Source: Myxococcales bacterium (GTDB taxonomy: Bacteria > Myxococcota_A > Polyangia > Palsa-1104). Taken from it: a stretch of DNA of 64,000 bases. Below the pieces are notes generated by a model. It was not told the DNA's origin, searched no databases, and saw only the letters and a program-made list of their open reading frames with translations. The stretch spans positions 8,215 through 72,214 of the forward strand of contig JAQBQH010000274.1 of NCBI GenBank assembly GCA_028287105.1, in the 5' to 3' direction. This document shows positions 38,193 to 46,523 of this stretch, one piece after another. How positions within the stretch are numbered: position 1 is the stretch's first letter; each line of letters begins with the position of its first letter. A program made the position numbers and the translations under genes.

Positions 38193-38804
38193 TCAGAAGC
38201 GCATGGCGAGGCCGAGCCCGACGCTGCCGCGGCCGACGGTCGGAGCGATGGTCGCCGGCAGCGCGCGCCAGACTTTGTGACGCGACTTGAAGCCGCCGAT
38301 CGCCAACGCGATTCCCGTCGCCTGCGCGAGCGTGACGAGGACGATGAATGCCCCAGCCAGGGCGATCACAGGCGTCGGCCCGCAATCGGCACACGGCCTC
38401 GACGACGGACGGGCCAGGTCGGCGACCTCGATCAGCGGACCGGCCAGCGGCACGGCGAAGTACCAGTTGCGGAAGACGGCGCCGGCGATGATGGGGATGA
38501 CGTAGCTGACGCTGAACAGGACGGCGCCGCCGACGACGAGGTCGTACTTCGGCTCCATGCCAAAGCGCCCCGGCGGCAAGAGCACCGGTCGCACCGACGG
38601 CAGCGGTGCGATGATCGCCGCAGGAATCGGCGCCTCGGCGGAGGGAGCCGGGACCGTGGCCGGGACCGTCGTGTGCCGCGGCTCGGGTTGCGGCGGTGTC
38701 GGCGGCGGTGGGGCGTTGGGATCGGTCGGGATCTCGACCATCTCTTGCGCGCGGGCGGGCAGGGCTACTGCCAGCATCACGACCGTCACGAGTAGGGTTC
38801 GCAC
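38193..38804 (-). CDS. Secreted proline-rich membrane protein, paralog-like to 37434..38177
   Basis: GTG 38802-38804 (VRTLLVTVVMLAVALPARAQ). Pro-rich stretch and hydrophobic segments. SRHKVWRALP motif shared with its neighbour. Ends LAMRF. Confidence 0.55.
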   Translation of the reverse strand: MRTLLVTVVMLAVALPARAQEMVEIPTDPNAPPPPTPPQPEPRHTTVPATVPAPSAEAPIPAAIIAPLPSVRPVLLPPGRFGMEPKYDLVVGGAVLFSVSYVIPIIAGAVFRNWYFAVPLAGPLIEVADLARPSSRPCADCGPTPVIALAGAFIVLVTLAQATGIALAIGGFKSRHKVWRALPATIAPTVGRGSVGLGLAMRF

Positions 38805-38943
38805 GCGGCGGGTCTTAGCAGCTGCCGTGCCCGCTCGGAACCATGCGAATCCGCGTCCGTGACGCGCAGATCGCAGGGCACGATCCGGACATCGACGTCG
38901 CGGCGCCGACCCTGCGTGCCATCTGCAGCGCCTGGCGATTGGC

Positions 38944-39891
38944 TCAGAGCACGGGCGCGCCGTTGGGCAGCGTGACGTCGTTGCGCTTGCAGACGTACTC
39001 GATGAACCTCTTGCCGTGGTCGTCGAGCGCGCTCCAGGCGCTTTCCGCTCCGTCCGCGTCGTGCTGAAAACAGCTCGATGCGCCAATGACGCGCCACGCT
39101 TTTTGCGGATCGTCCGGCAACGCCTCGTGGGCCAGATCGATCGCCTGCTCGTACTCGCCGTGCACGTATGCGTCTTGGGCGCGCTGGAGCGTATCGTTCG
39201 CCGTTTGCTTTGGCGACGGCGCTGTCGCCGCGGCGGCCGCCGTCGCCGAGGCAGTTGCGACGGAACGATGATGGTGCAGCACACCGGCGGAGACACCGCC
39301 GGCCACGACGGCGACGACGAAAGCCAGCTTCAGCGCAGGGACCATGGTTCCACCTCCCGCAATGGGCGCGAGCGCCCGCACGGCGCGCCCGCGATCGACC
39401 CGTTTGTCTAGACGCGAGCGCAGTGTTTCGAGCGCCTGTTTCACTCGCCACCGCACCGTCCCCGCCGGCACCTCGTGGCGGCGCGCGATGTCGGCCGCCG
39501 ACAAGCCTTCGTAGTAGCGCAGGAGCATCGTCGAGCGATACGGCTCGTCCAGCTCCACGACGAGCTGGCCGATGAGCCGCAAAAGCTCCGCCTTCTCGAG
39601 CAATCGATCCGCGGCGACATTGCCGTCCTCGTCCCCGCCGGTGAGCAGTTGCTCGCGGTCGCGCCGCCGTGCATCGGAGCGTGCGCGCGTGTGCGCCAGC
39701 CGCCGCATCGCCTCTGCCAACCAGCCGCGCAGCGTCGTCGTCGCGTCGGGCCGCTGGCCGAGCGCGCGCACCCATACCTCCTGCGCCACGTCGTCGGCGT
39801 CGTGGTTGCGCACGAGACTTCTCGCCACGCGGCGCAACCAGCCCGCCTCCGTCAAGAGCGCAGCGGCCAGATCGTCCAGCTCCTCGGCCAT
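38944..39891 (-). CDS. ECF sigma factor fused to a TM helix and a periplasmic TPR-like domain of about 110 aa
   Basis: Region 2 DADDVAQEVWVRAL. Region 4 LSAADIARRHEVPAGTVRWRVKQALETLR. Then TM PALKLAFVVAVVAGGVSAGVL. Then AQDAYVHGEYEQAIDLAHEAL... All in one uninterrupted frame. Confidence 0.75.
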   Translation of the reverse strand: MAEELDDLAAALLTEAGWLRRVARSLVRNHDADDVAQEVWVRALGQRPDATTTLRGWLAEAMRRLAHTRARSDARRRDREQLLTGGDEDGNVAADRLLEKAELLRLIGQLVVELDEPYRSTMLLRYYEGLSAADIARRHEVPAGTVRWRVKQALETLRSRLDKRVDRGRAVRALAPIAGGGTMVPALKLAFVVAVVAGGVSAGVLHHHRSVATASATAAAAATAPSPKQTANDTLQRAQDAYVHGEYEQAIDLAHEALPDDPQKAWRVIGASSCFQHDADGAESAWSALDDHGKRFIEYVCKRNDVTLPNGAPVL

Positions 39892-39950
39892 GTACCTGAT
39901 GTTCTGCCGCCGCTCGGCCGACCGTTGGAGAAAAAGAATCCTGCGACGTC

Positions 39951-39975
39951 GGAATCAATCGACCGTCGCGGCGTT
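39951..39975 (+). promoter_or_regulatory. ECF-type promoter candidate GGAAT-N16-CGTT abutting ATG 39984 (possible leaderless mRNA)
   Basis: GGAATC at 39951-39956 and CGTT at 39972-39975. No Shine-Dalgarno sequence lies before ATG 39984. Confidence 0.3.
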
Positions 39976-39983
39976 GACTCTTC

Positions 39984-40601
39984 ATGACGAGAGCCCACGC
40001 GCACACCTACGTCGCCCTGTTCTCCGCCGCCATCGCCGTCGCCGTCGTCTTGGCGGCGACAGACCGCCGTCGAATCGCGATCTTGCAGCGACAGTATTGG
40101 CAGTGGCTGCTGGTGCCCTGGAAGCTGGCGACGGTTGCCATTTCGGCGCTGGTGCTGGTCATCGCCGGTCCCTACTCGGGAGACTGCGATTGGGATGCGA
40201 CGGTCTCGATCCTGATGTCGGTGCTCACGTTTGCGACGGCACCGTGGGCAGTCGGCGAGCTGTGGCGGCGACGTGGCGCGAAGGCGATGTACGTGGCGCT
40301 GTGCGCCTGGCTCCTATCGGCGAGCTGGTCGTTCGACCTGTACTGGTTCGCGCGGCGGGGGTTCTATCCAGACAGCTGGTGGGGCAACCTCGTCGCGTCG
40401 TCGATGCTGTATGTCGCGGCCGGCGTCCTGTGGAACCTCGACTGGACGCCGGAGAAGGGTTGGCACCTGGGCTTTCTCCGGCGAGAGTGGCTGCGCTGGA
40501 GGACAGCTGCGCCATTCAAGCGGATGGCGGCGCCGGCGCTGGCCATCATGACGATCGTGGGGATTACCTTGCTGGTGCCGCTACTCTTCGTTCACGAGTG
40601 A
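39984..40601 (+). CDS. Polytopic membrane protein, unknown function
   Basis: 205 aa, about 6 TM helices, Trp-rich loops. Divergent from the ECF gene. Confidence 0.6.
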   Translation: MTRAHAHTYVALFSAAIAVAVVLAATDRRRIAILQRQYWQWLLVPWKLATVAISALVLVIAGPYSGDCDWDATVSILMSVLTFATAPWAVGELWRRRGAKAMYVALCAWLLSASWSFDLYWFARRGFYPDSWWGNLVASSMLYVAAGVLWNLDWTPEKGWHLGFLRREWLRWRTAAPFKRMAAPALAIMTIVGITLLVPLLFVHE

Positions 40602-40623
40602 CGCGGAGATCGCGCGAAGCGGC

Positions 40624-41823
40624 CTACTGCGGGACCATGCGGAACGACTGAGCGCCGGTGCCGTTGCAGTCCCACTGCTGGAGGACGACGCCGTTGTCGA
40701 TGCTGGAGCTCGGGACGTCGAGGCACTTGCCGCTGTGGCGCGCGACGAGCTGGTAGTAGCCGTTGCCCATCGCCACCGCCTTCCACTGCTGGTTGGCGCC
40801 GCTCCACGACGACCAGAGCTGCACCTTGACGCCGCGTGCCGTCGCGCCCGGGCCGCCGGCCACGTCGAGCACCAGGTTGCTGTTGCGATTGACGATGCGG
40901 TAGTAGCCGCTGTCGGTCGGTACGAGCTGCCACTGCTGGTTGGCCTGGTGATCGCCGCAGCCGTACTGCTGTACCGGGGTGCCCTCGCCGGTGCGCCACT
41001 CGGTGTCGTCGACGCACTTGGTGCTGGTCTGGTTGATGAGCTGCACCCAGCCCGAGGTCTGGTTGCCGCCGCCGTTGGGGCAGAACGTGATGCGGTAGTT
41101 CGGGTTCGGGCTGCCGCAGGTGAAGGTGCTCGAGGTGTCGTCGTAGGCGTAGCTGTACTCGTTGGGACAGGCGCGCTTGAAGATGGCCGCGTAGTTGACG
41201 GGCCAGTTGTTGGGGTTGCAGGTCTGCGGCGTGCCGTAGGCGCCGCGGCAGCAGTACTGGTCGCTGTTGAAGCGCGCGCACGCGCTCAAGCAGGCGACCA
41301 CGCGCCCGGCGCCGTCGCGCTTCTGCAGCTCCGACGGGCACGTGTTGAGAAGATCGGCGACGCAGGTCGGTCCACCGCACGACGGGTTGTCGGTGCCGAT
41401 GGCGACCGGCAGGTCGTAGCCGTCGACGAGGCTGACGTCGTAGTAGTCGACGTTGCCGCCGCCGTTGAGCGTGAACTCGGCCAGGCTCGTCGGGGGAACG
41501 CCGCCCGCGCCGCTGCACTGCAGCCGTCCGCCGCAGTCGCCGGTGGCGCAAGTGCCGTTGCCGTTGCCGTCGAAGTTGCAGCCGCGCCGCCCCCAGAAGC
41601 GCCCCGCCCAGCCGGACGGAATGGTCAAGCTGCTTGACGATCCGGCCCCCACCGCCCAACCGCCGCCGTTCGGGTTGAAGTGGCCGGGATTTCCCAGCGA
41701 CCCCACCCATACGGTCTCGCTACATTGATTCACGAACGTGAAGGTGCGCGCCTGTGCCTCTGCACGATGACTCGCTAGGAGCATGGACAAGACGACCCCG
41801 ATGCCGATGCCGATGCGCTTCAT
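40624..41823 (-). CDS. Secreted thaumatin-like (PR-5/osmotin family) domain + ricin-B lectin domain
   Basis: RTFTFVNQCSETVWVG, CATGDCGG.LQC, PPTSLAEFTLNGGGNVDYYDVSLVDGYDLP, YCCRGAY, FKRACPNEYSYAYDDTSSTFTC, YRITFCP. C-terminal QxW repeats (NQQWQL, NQQWKA). Confidence 0.85.
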   Translation of the reverse strand: MKRIGIGIGVVLSMLLASHRAEAQARTFTFVNQCSETVWVGSLGNPGHFNPNGGGWAVGAGSSSSLTIPSGWAGRFWGRRGCNFDGNGNGTCATGDCGGRLQCSGAGGVPPTSLAEFTLNGGGNVDYYDVSLVDGYDLPVAIGTDNPSCGGPTCVADLLNTCPSELQKRDGAGRVVACLSACARFNSDQYCCRGAYGTPQTCNPNNWPVNYAAIFKRACPNEYSYAYDDTSSTFTCGSPNPNYRITFCPNGGGNQTSGWVQLINQTSTKCVDDTEWRTGEGTPVQQYGCGDHQANQQWQLVPTDSGYYRIVNRNSNLVLDVAGGPGATARGVKVQLWSSWSGANQQWKAVAMGNGYYQLVARHSGKCLDVPSSSIDNGVVLQQWDCNGTGAQSFRMVPQ

Positions 41824-41853
41824 GGTCAGCCTCCGTTCGCATTGCGTTGGGCC

Positions 41854-42600
41854 CTACTGCCACTGGATGTCGTCGACGAAGAAGCTGCCGCTCACGGCTG
41901 CATCCGTGGCGGTCATGGTCCAGCCGAACCCGCCGAGCACTTGCGTGTAGCTCTGACCCGAGAGGTCGATCGTGTAGGTCGCCCAGTCCGCCGTCAGCGT
42001 CACCGTCGTGGTCGCCTTGATGCTGTCGGTGTAGGGATTGCCGGCGCCGATGATGCCGCCGGCGAGGAAGGTGACCTTCTCGCCGCCTTTGCCGCCCTTG
42101 GCCTGGAAGGTGACCTTCTTGGCGCCGGCGGGGACGCCGTAGCCGGCCTTCATGCCCCAGTTGTTGGCGGGGTACTGCCAGTAGACGCCGCCCCAACCCA
42201 TGCCGCCCGCCGACGGCGGCGCGTAGGCGATGACGTGGCAGCTGCCCGACGCCGCCGTGCTGGCGCGCTTGCCGTTGCAGTCGGTGCTGTCGCCGCTCTT
42301 GGCCGGGGTCATCATGATCGTGCCCGCGGTGGCGCCGTCGCCCATGAAGCCGCTCGAGACGAACGCGGTGTCGACGACGAAGGGCAGCATCGAGGTCGGC
42401 TGCGGCGGCATCGCCATGTCGGTCGAGCCCTGATTGCCGCCGGTGCCGGGGCCGGGCGGCTGCGCCATGTCGAGAACCACCGGCGGCCCCGCCGGACCGG
42501 TCGCTGGAGAGCAGGCCGGCAACATCGCCGCCGCCATCAACATCACCACCACCACCACCACCACCACCGCGCCACCACCGACAAGCTGATTCCGGTTCAT
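41854..42600 (-). CDS. Lipoprotein with one CBM-like beta-sandwich domain (unknown family)
   Basis: ATG 42598-42600. Signal with a V8 run and the PAC lipobox. WGGVYWQYPANNWG ... KVTFQAKG ... GGFGWTM ... FFVDDIQWQ. Confidence 0.65.
   Translation of the reverse strand: MNRNQLVGGGAVVVVVVVVMLMAAAMLPACSPATGPAGPPVVLDMAQPPGPGTGGNQGSTDMAMPPQPTSMLPFVVDTAFVSSGFMGDGATAGTIMMTPAKSGDSTDCNGKRASTAASGSCHVIAYAPPSAGGMGWGGVYWQYPANNWGMKAGYGVPAGAKKVTFQAKGGKGGEKVTFLAGGIIGAGNPYTDSIKATTTVTLTADWATYTIDLSGQSYTQVLGGFGWTMTATDAAVSGSFFVDDIQWQ
42544..42567 (-). repeat. (GTG)8 trinucleotide microsatellite encoding Val8 in a signal peptide
   Basis: Plus strand reads caccaccaccaccaccaccaccac, flanked by further cca/acc units. 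Confidence 0.9.
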
Positions 42601-42614
42601 GTTCGCCTCCGCTG

Positions 42615-43670
42615 TTACGGATTGAAGAAGGGATCGAGCGCCATCGCCTTGAAGGCCGCCAACGTCGGCGGCGACGAGGCGATGCGCCAATCGGTCTCTT
42701 TGTTGATGTCGAACCACACCACCGCGTGGATCGCGGTGAAGCGGGTCTGGAGCTGTTGACGTAGATCGGCGATCCAGGCCGCCTTGTTGCCGCCGACCTC
42801 GGCCGACGCCGTCTCGGGGACCATGAGCGGCTTACGCCCGGCGTAGTCGGTGTAGAGGTCGGTCACCAGCTCGCCGAACGACTGCCAGGTGCAGCACGAC
42901 GACGAGGTGCCCCAGTTGTAGGCGTCGAGCCCGACCCAATCGACGTAGGCGTCGCCGGGGTAGTAGTTGGTCCAGTGGTTCCACGCCTCGGCCGGAACGT
43001 CGGCCACGAGCGGGCACCAGACCCAGACGACGTTGGTGGCGCCGTCGGCGACGAAGAGGTCGTGAACGTGGCGATAGGCCGCGATGTACTTGGCCGGTCC
43101 CGCTTCCTTGCCGTTGTTGGCGCCGGACCAGGGGTACCAGTTGCCGTTCATCTCGTGGCCCCAGCGCAGGAAGATCTCGGCGCCGAGATCGCGGGCGCCC
43201 TTGGCGCGCAGATGGAAGACGGCGTCGTGCATACCGGCGATGATCTCGTCGAGCGGCTCGTGCGGCTCCCAGGTGACGAGCGGGATCTTGTGCTGCGCGA
43301 TGTCCCAGCGGGTGCGGTCGTTGATCCAGTCCTCGTAGGAGTAGAAGCGGTTGTCGATGACCCAGGCGCGGTCGATCAGCTTCTCCTCGTCGAGGAAGTC
43401 CTGCTCGGCGTTGCCGCCGACGCCGACGAAGGCGCCGAAGAGCGCGCCCGAGGCCGGCGGCGTGCGTGCCGACGGCGGACCGGCCGACGCCATGTCGACG
43501 ATGCCGGTGGCGCCGTCGGCGCTGCCGCCATCGACGTCGGCGCCGTTGCCGCCGTTGCCTCCCGCCAGGTCGGCGGGATCGCCGCTGGTGGCCGGGGACG
43601 TTCCGTGACTGCAGCCTCCGCCCGCCAACAGGGCCAACAGCGGCGCCAACATCGTACGCGTGGTCATCAT
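42615..43670 (-). CDS. GH26 family glycosidase (beta-mannanase-like) lipoprotein
   Basis: MMTTRTMLAPLLALLAGGGC follows GGAGGA. FLRWGHEMNGNWYPWSG, VDWVGLDAYNW, LMVPETAS. Confidence 0.85.
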   Translation of the reverse strand: MMTTRTMLAPLLALLAGGGCSHGTSPATSGDPADLAGGNGGNGADVDGGSADGATGIVDMASAGPPSARTPPASGALFGAFVGVGGNAEQDFLDEEKLIDRAWVIDNRFYSYEDWINDRTRWDIAQHKIPLVTWEPHEPLDEIIAGMHDAVFHLRAKGARDLGAEIFLRWGHEMNGNWYPWSGANNGKEAGPAKYIAAYRHVHDLFVADGATNVVWVWCPLVADVPAEAWNHWTNYYPGDAYVDWVGLDAYNWGTSSSCCTWQSFGELVTDLYTDYAGRKPLMVPETASAEVGGNKAAWIADLRQQLQTRFTAIHAVVWFDINKETDWRIASSPPTLAAFKAMALDPFFNP

Positions 43671-43688
43671 GCTCCTCCGCGGTCCGTC

Positions 43689-43713
43689 ACTTTGTTCGGT
43701 TGCGCAACAAAGT
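43689..43713. promoter_or_regulatory. Operator candidate ACTTTGTT-N9-AACAAAGT (copy 1)
   Basis: Perfect 8-bp arms, 19 nt upstream of the GH26 start codon. Confidence 0.55.
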
Positions 43714-43963
43714 AGCGAACGGAGGTGATGTTTCAACACAAATCGGCAGACGCAGCGCGGCGACGAAAGTGGCGAAAGCCGCAAGCTTCGGGAATGTGCG
43801 GCAATGGCCGACGGCCGATCCGTGTCGCTATTTTAAGTCCCAGCGACCTATCGGGAACTTGACGCGTGGCGCCTCAAAGTTCTTCGCTGGGCGGGATCGG
43901 CTGGGCACGCTAGCGTCGTCCTGCGATCGTACGAATTGGCTTGAATTGTTTCCAGCGCTGGAT

Positions 43964-43988
43964 ACTTTGTTTGTCGTTCGAACAAAGT
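43964..43988. promoter_or_regulatory. Operator candidate ACTTTGTT-N9-AACAAAGT (copy 2)
   Basis: Identical arms and spacing. It ends 10 nt before ATG 43999, just 5' of the AGGAGA RBS. Confidence 0.55.
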
Positions 43989-43998
43989 CGGCAGGAGA

Positions 43999-45288
43999 AT
44001 GGTCATGGCGCTGCAGCGGAGCGGTTCGTTCGTCTTCTCGGCAGGATGTTTTCGGGCGCTTTCACGCGTGCTTCCACGCGTGCTTCTACCGGCGCTCTCG
44101 CTGTTGCTCTTGACGATGCTGACGCTGGGCGGCTGCGAGGATGATCTGGAGCGCGGGGGCGTCGCCGATCTGGGTACGCCCGCCGGGCCGGGCGCCGATC
44201 TGGCCGAGACCCCGGCCACCGCCGCCGATCTGTCGACGCCGCCCCCACCCGCGGATCTCGCCGCCACCGCCGACGACCTGGCGGCGCCGCAGGGTCCGAC
44301 GCCCTTCGTCGTCGACGACACCTTCGCCGCCAGCGGCCACGAAGGCGGCGGCGACGTCCCCGGCACCGTCACCGACGACGAGACCTGCGCCGCCCGCGCC
44401 GGTGGTGGCCGCGGCCGCTGTCACCACATCAGCTGGACGCCGGGCACCAACAGCTGGGGCGGCGTCGTCTGGCAATATCCCGTCGACAATTGGGGCGCCG
44501 ATCCCGGCTTCGCCGTCCCCGCCGGCTACGGCCAGGTGCGCTTCTGGGCCTGGGGCAAGGACGGCGGCGAGCAGGTCTCGTTCCTCGTCGGCCTCGGCGT
44601 CGGCGGCCCCGACAAGTTCCAGCAGCGCCTCGACGTCAAGCTGACCGCGCAGCCCAAGCTCTACGTCCTCGGCGTGCGCGGCGCCTACGGCGACAAGGTG
44701 GTGAGCGCGTTCGGCTGGGTCACGGGCGCTGCCGCCGCGCAGACCTTCTACGTCGACGACGTCGTCTGGGACGGCGGCGCCGCCGCCAGCGCACCGGCTT
44801 CGTTCGGCGTCGATACGAAGTTCGGCCCCTCCGGCTACATGGGCGACGGCGCCGGCGGCTTCGTCACGCACGGCGCCTGCGCCTCGCCGTCGGGCGGCTC
44901 GACCTGCCACCACTACGTCTGGGATCCCAACGCCGACGCCGGCGGCAACTCGCAAGGCTGGGCGGGCGTCTTCTGGCAGAGCGCCCCCGGCAACTGGGCC
45001 GGCGCCACCGATCCCGACGGCGCCGCCGTCGCCACCGGCTACGGCGAGGTGCGCTTCTGGGCCTGGAGCGCCAGCGGCGGCGGCGAGACGGTCTCGTTCC
45101 TCGCCGGCATGGGCGTCGGCACCCGCGACGGCTGGCAGTCCAAGCTCGACGTTCGCCTCAACGCCACGCCGACGCTGTATACCCTCGGGGTCGGCGGCGG
45201 CTACGGCGCGCACGTCGCCGGCGGCTTCGGCTGGGTAGCCGGCGGCAGCGGCCTTCGCTTCAACATCGACGGCGCCACCTGGAAATAA
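43999..45288 (+). CDS. Lipoprotein with two tandem copies of the same CBM-like domain
   Basis: Lipobox LTLGGC. WGGVVWQYPVDNWG...VRFWAWGKDGG...SAFGWV...FYVDDVVWDG, then WAGVFWQSAPGNWAG...VRFWAWSASGG...GGFGWV...FNIDGATWK. Confidence 0.7.
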   Translation: MVMALQRSGSFVFSAGCFRALSRVLPRVLLPALSLLLLTMLTLGGCEDDLERGGVADLGTPAGPGADLAETPATAADLSTPPPPADLAATADDLAAPQGPTPFVVDDTFAASGHEGGGDVPGTVTDDETCAARAGGGRGRCHHISWTPGTNSWGGVVWQYPVDNWGADPGFAVPAGYGQVRFWAWGKDGGEQVSFLVGLGVGGPDKFQQRLDVKLTAQPKLYVLGVRGAYGDKVVSAFGWVTGAAAAQTFYVDDVVWDGGAAASAPASFGVDTKFGPSGYMGDGAGGFVTHGACASPSGGSTCHHYVWDPNADAGGNSQGWAGVFWQSAPGNWAGATDPDGAAVATGYGEVRFWAWSASGGGETVSFLAGMGVGTRDGWQSKLDVRLNATPTLYTLGVGGGYGAHVAGGFGWVAGGSGLRFNIDGATWK

Positions 45289-45299
45289 CGAGGAGACTC

Positions 45300-46523
45300 A
45301 TGGCCGGCGAGAACGCCCAAGCAACCGTCGACGCGCAGGGGATGCGCGCGCGCAACAGCGCGCTCCTGCTGAACCTCATCTGGAAGGAGCGTCAGGTGTC
45401 GCGCGCCGATCTGGCGCGGCGCACCGGGCTGAGCCCGTCGACGGTGTCGGCCATCGTCGGCGATCTCGAGCGCTCGGGGTTGGTGCAGTCGACCGGTGAA
45501 GGGATCTCGCGCGGCGGCCGTCGCCCGACGCTGCTCGGCTTCTGCGACGACGCCTTCGCCATCGTCGGCGTCGAGCTGGGCGCCTCGCACGTGCTGGTCA
45601 CGCTGACCAACCTGCGCGGCGAAGTGCAGGCGGCGCGTCACGGCGCGCACGCGGTGCAGGGCGATCCCGAAGGCGCGCTGGCGCTCATCCGCTCGTCCAT
45701 CGACGACTGCCTGCGCTCCGAGCGGGTCGCGCGCCGTCGCCTCCTCGGGATCGGCGTGGCGGTGCCGAGCCCGGTCCATCCGAGCGCTCCCGGCCGGCTG
45801 TCGCCGCTCATCTTGCCGGCCTGGAGCGGCTACGACGTGCAGGCGCACCTCGCCGGCGCCTACAACGTGCCCGTCTTCGTCGACAACGACGCCAACCTCG
45901 GCGCGCTCGCCGAAGGCTGGTGGGGCGCCGGCCGCAGCGGCGACGACCTCACCTATATCAAGGTCGCGACCGGCATCGGCGCCGGCTACGTCATCCGCGG
46001 CGAGGTCTATCGCGGCGCCGGCGGGACGGCGGGCGAAATCGGCCACCTCGCCGTCGATCCCTCGGGACCGCGCTGCGTCTGCGGGCTCAACGGCTGCTTG
46101 ACCACCTTCATCGGCTCGAAGGCGATCCGCACGCTGGCGCGCGAGCGCATGACCGGCGAGCGCGGCCGCACGCCGACCATCGCCGACATCGTCAAGAGCG
46201 CCAAGGCCGGCGACGCGGCGGCGCGCACGATCGTCGACGAAGTGGGGCACTTCCTCGGCATCGCCGTGGCGGGCCTGGTCAACCTCATGAACCCGGCGGT
46301 GGTGGTGCTCGGCGGCGAGATCACGGCGGTCGGCGACCTGCTGCTCGATCGTCTGCGTGAGACGGTGCGCGCGCGCGCGCTGTCGACATCGGTCACCGAG
46401 ACGCGGCTGGTGACCAGCAACCTCGGCGAGCAGGCGATCGCGGTCGGCGCGGCGACGCTGGTGCTGCAGGCGGCGCTGCACGATCGCGCGCTCTTCCCGA
46501 CGCCGTTTCTGGCGGTGTCGTGA
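45300..46523 (+). CDS. ROK-family transcriptional regulator (wHTH + sugar-kinase-like fold)
   Basis: AGGAGA RBS and ATG 45300. VSRADLARRTGLSPSTVSAIVGDLE HTH. DNDANLGALAE. GEIGHLAVD..GP.CVCGLNGCLT (ROK Zn motif). Confidence 0.85.
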   Translation: MAGENAQATVDAQGMRARNSALLLNLIWKERQVSRADLARRTGLSPSTVSAIVGDLERSGLVQSTGEGISRGGRRPTLLGFCDDAFAIVGVELGASHVLVTLTNLRGEVQAARHGAHAVQGDPEGALALIRSSIDDCLRSERVARRRLLGIGVAVPSPVHPSAPGRLSPLILPAWSGYDVQAHLAGAYNVPVFVDNDANLGALAEGWWGAGRSGDDLTYIKVATGIGAGYVIRGEVYRGAGGTAGEIGHLAVDPSGPRCVCGLNGCLTTFIGSKAIRTLARERMTGERGRTPTIADIVKSAKAGDAAARTIVDEVGHFLGIAVAGLVNLMNPAVVVLGGEITAVGDLLLDRLRETVRARALSTSVTETRLVTSNLGEQAIAVGAATLVLQAALHDRALFPTPFLAVS

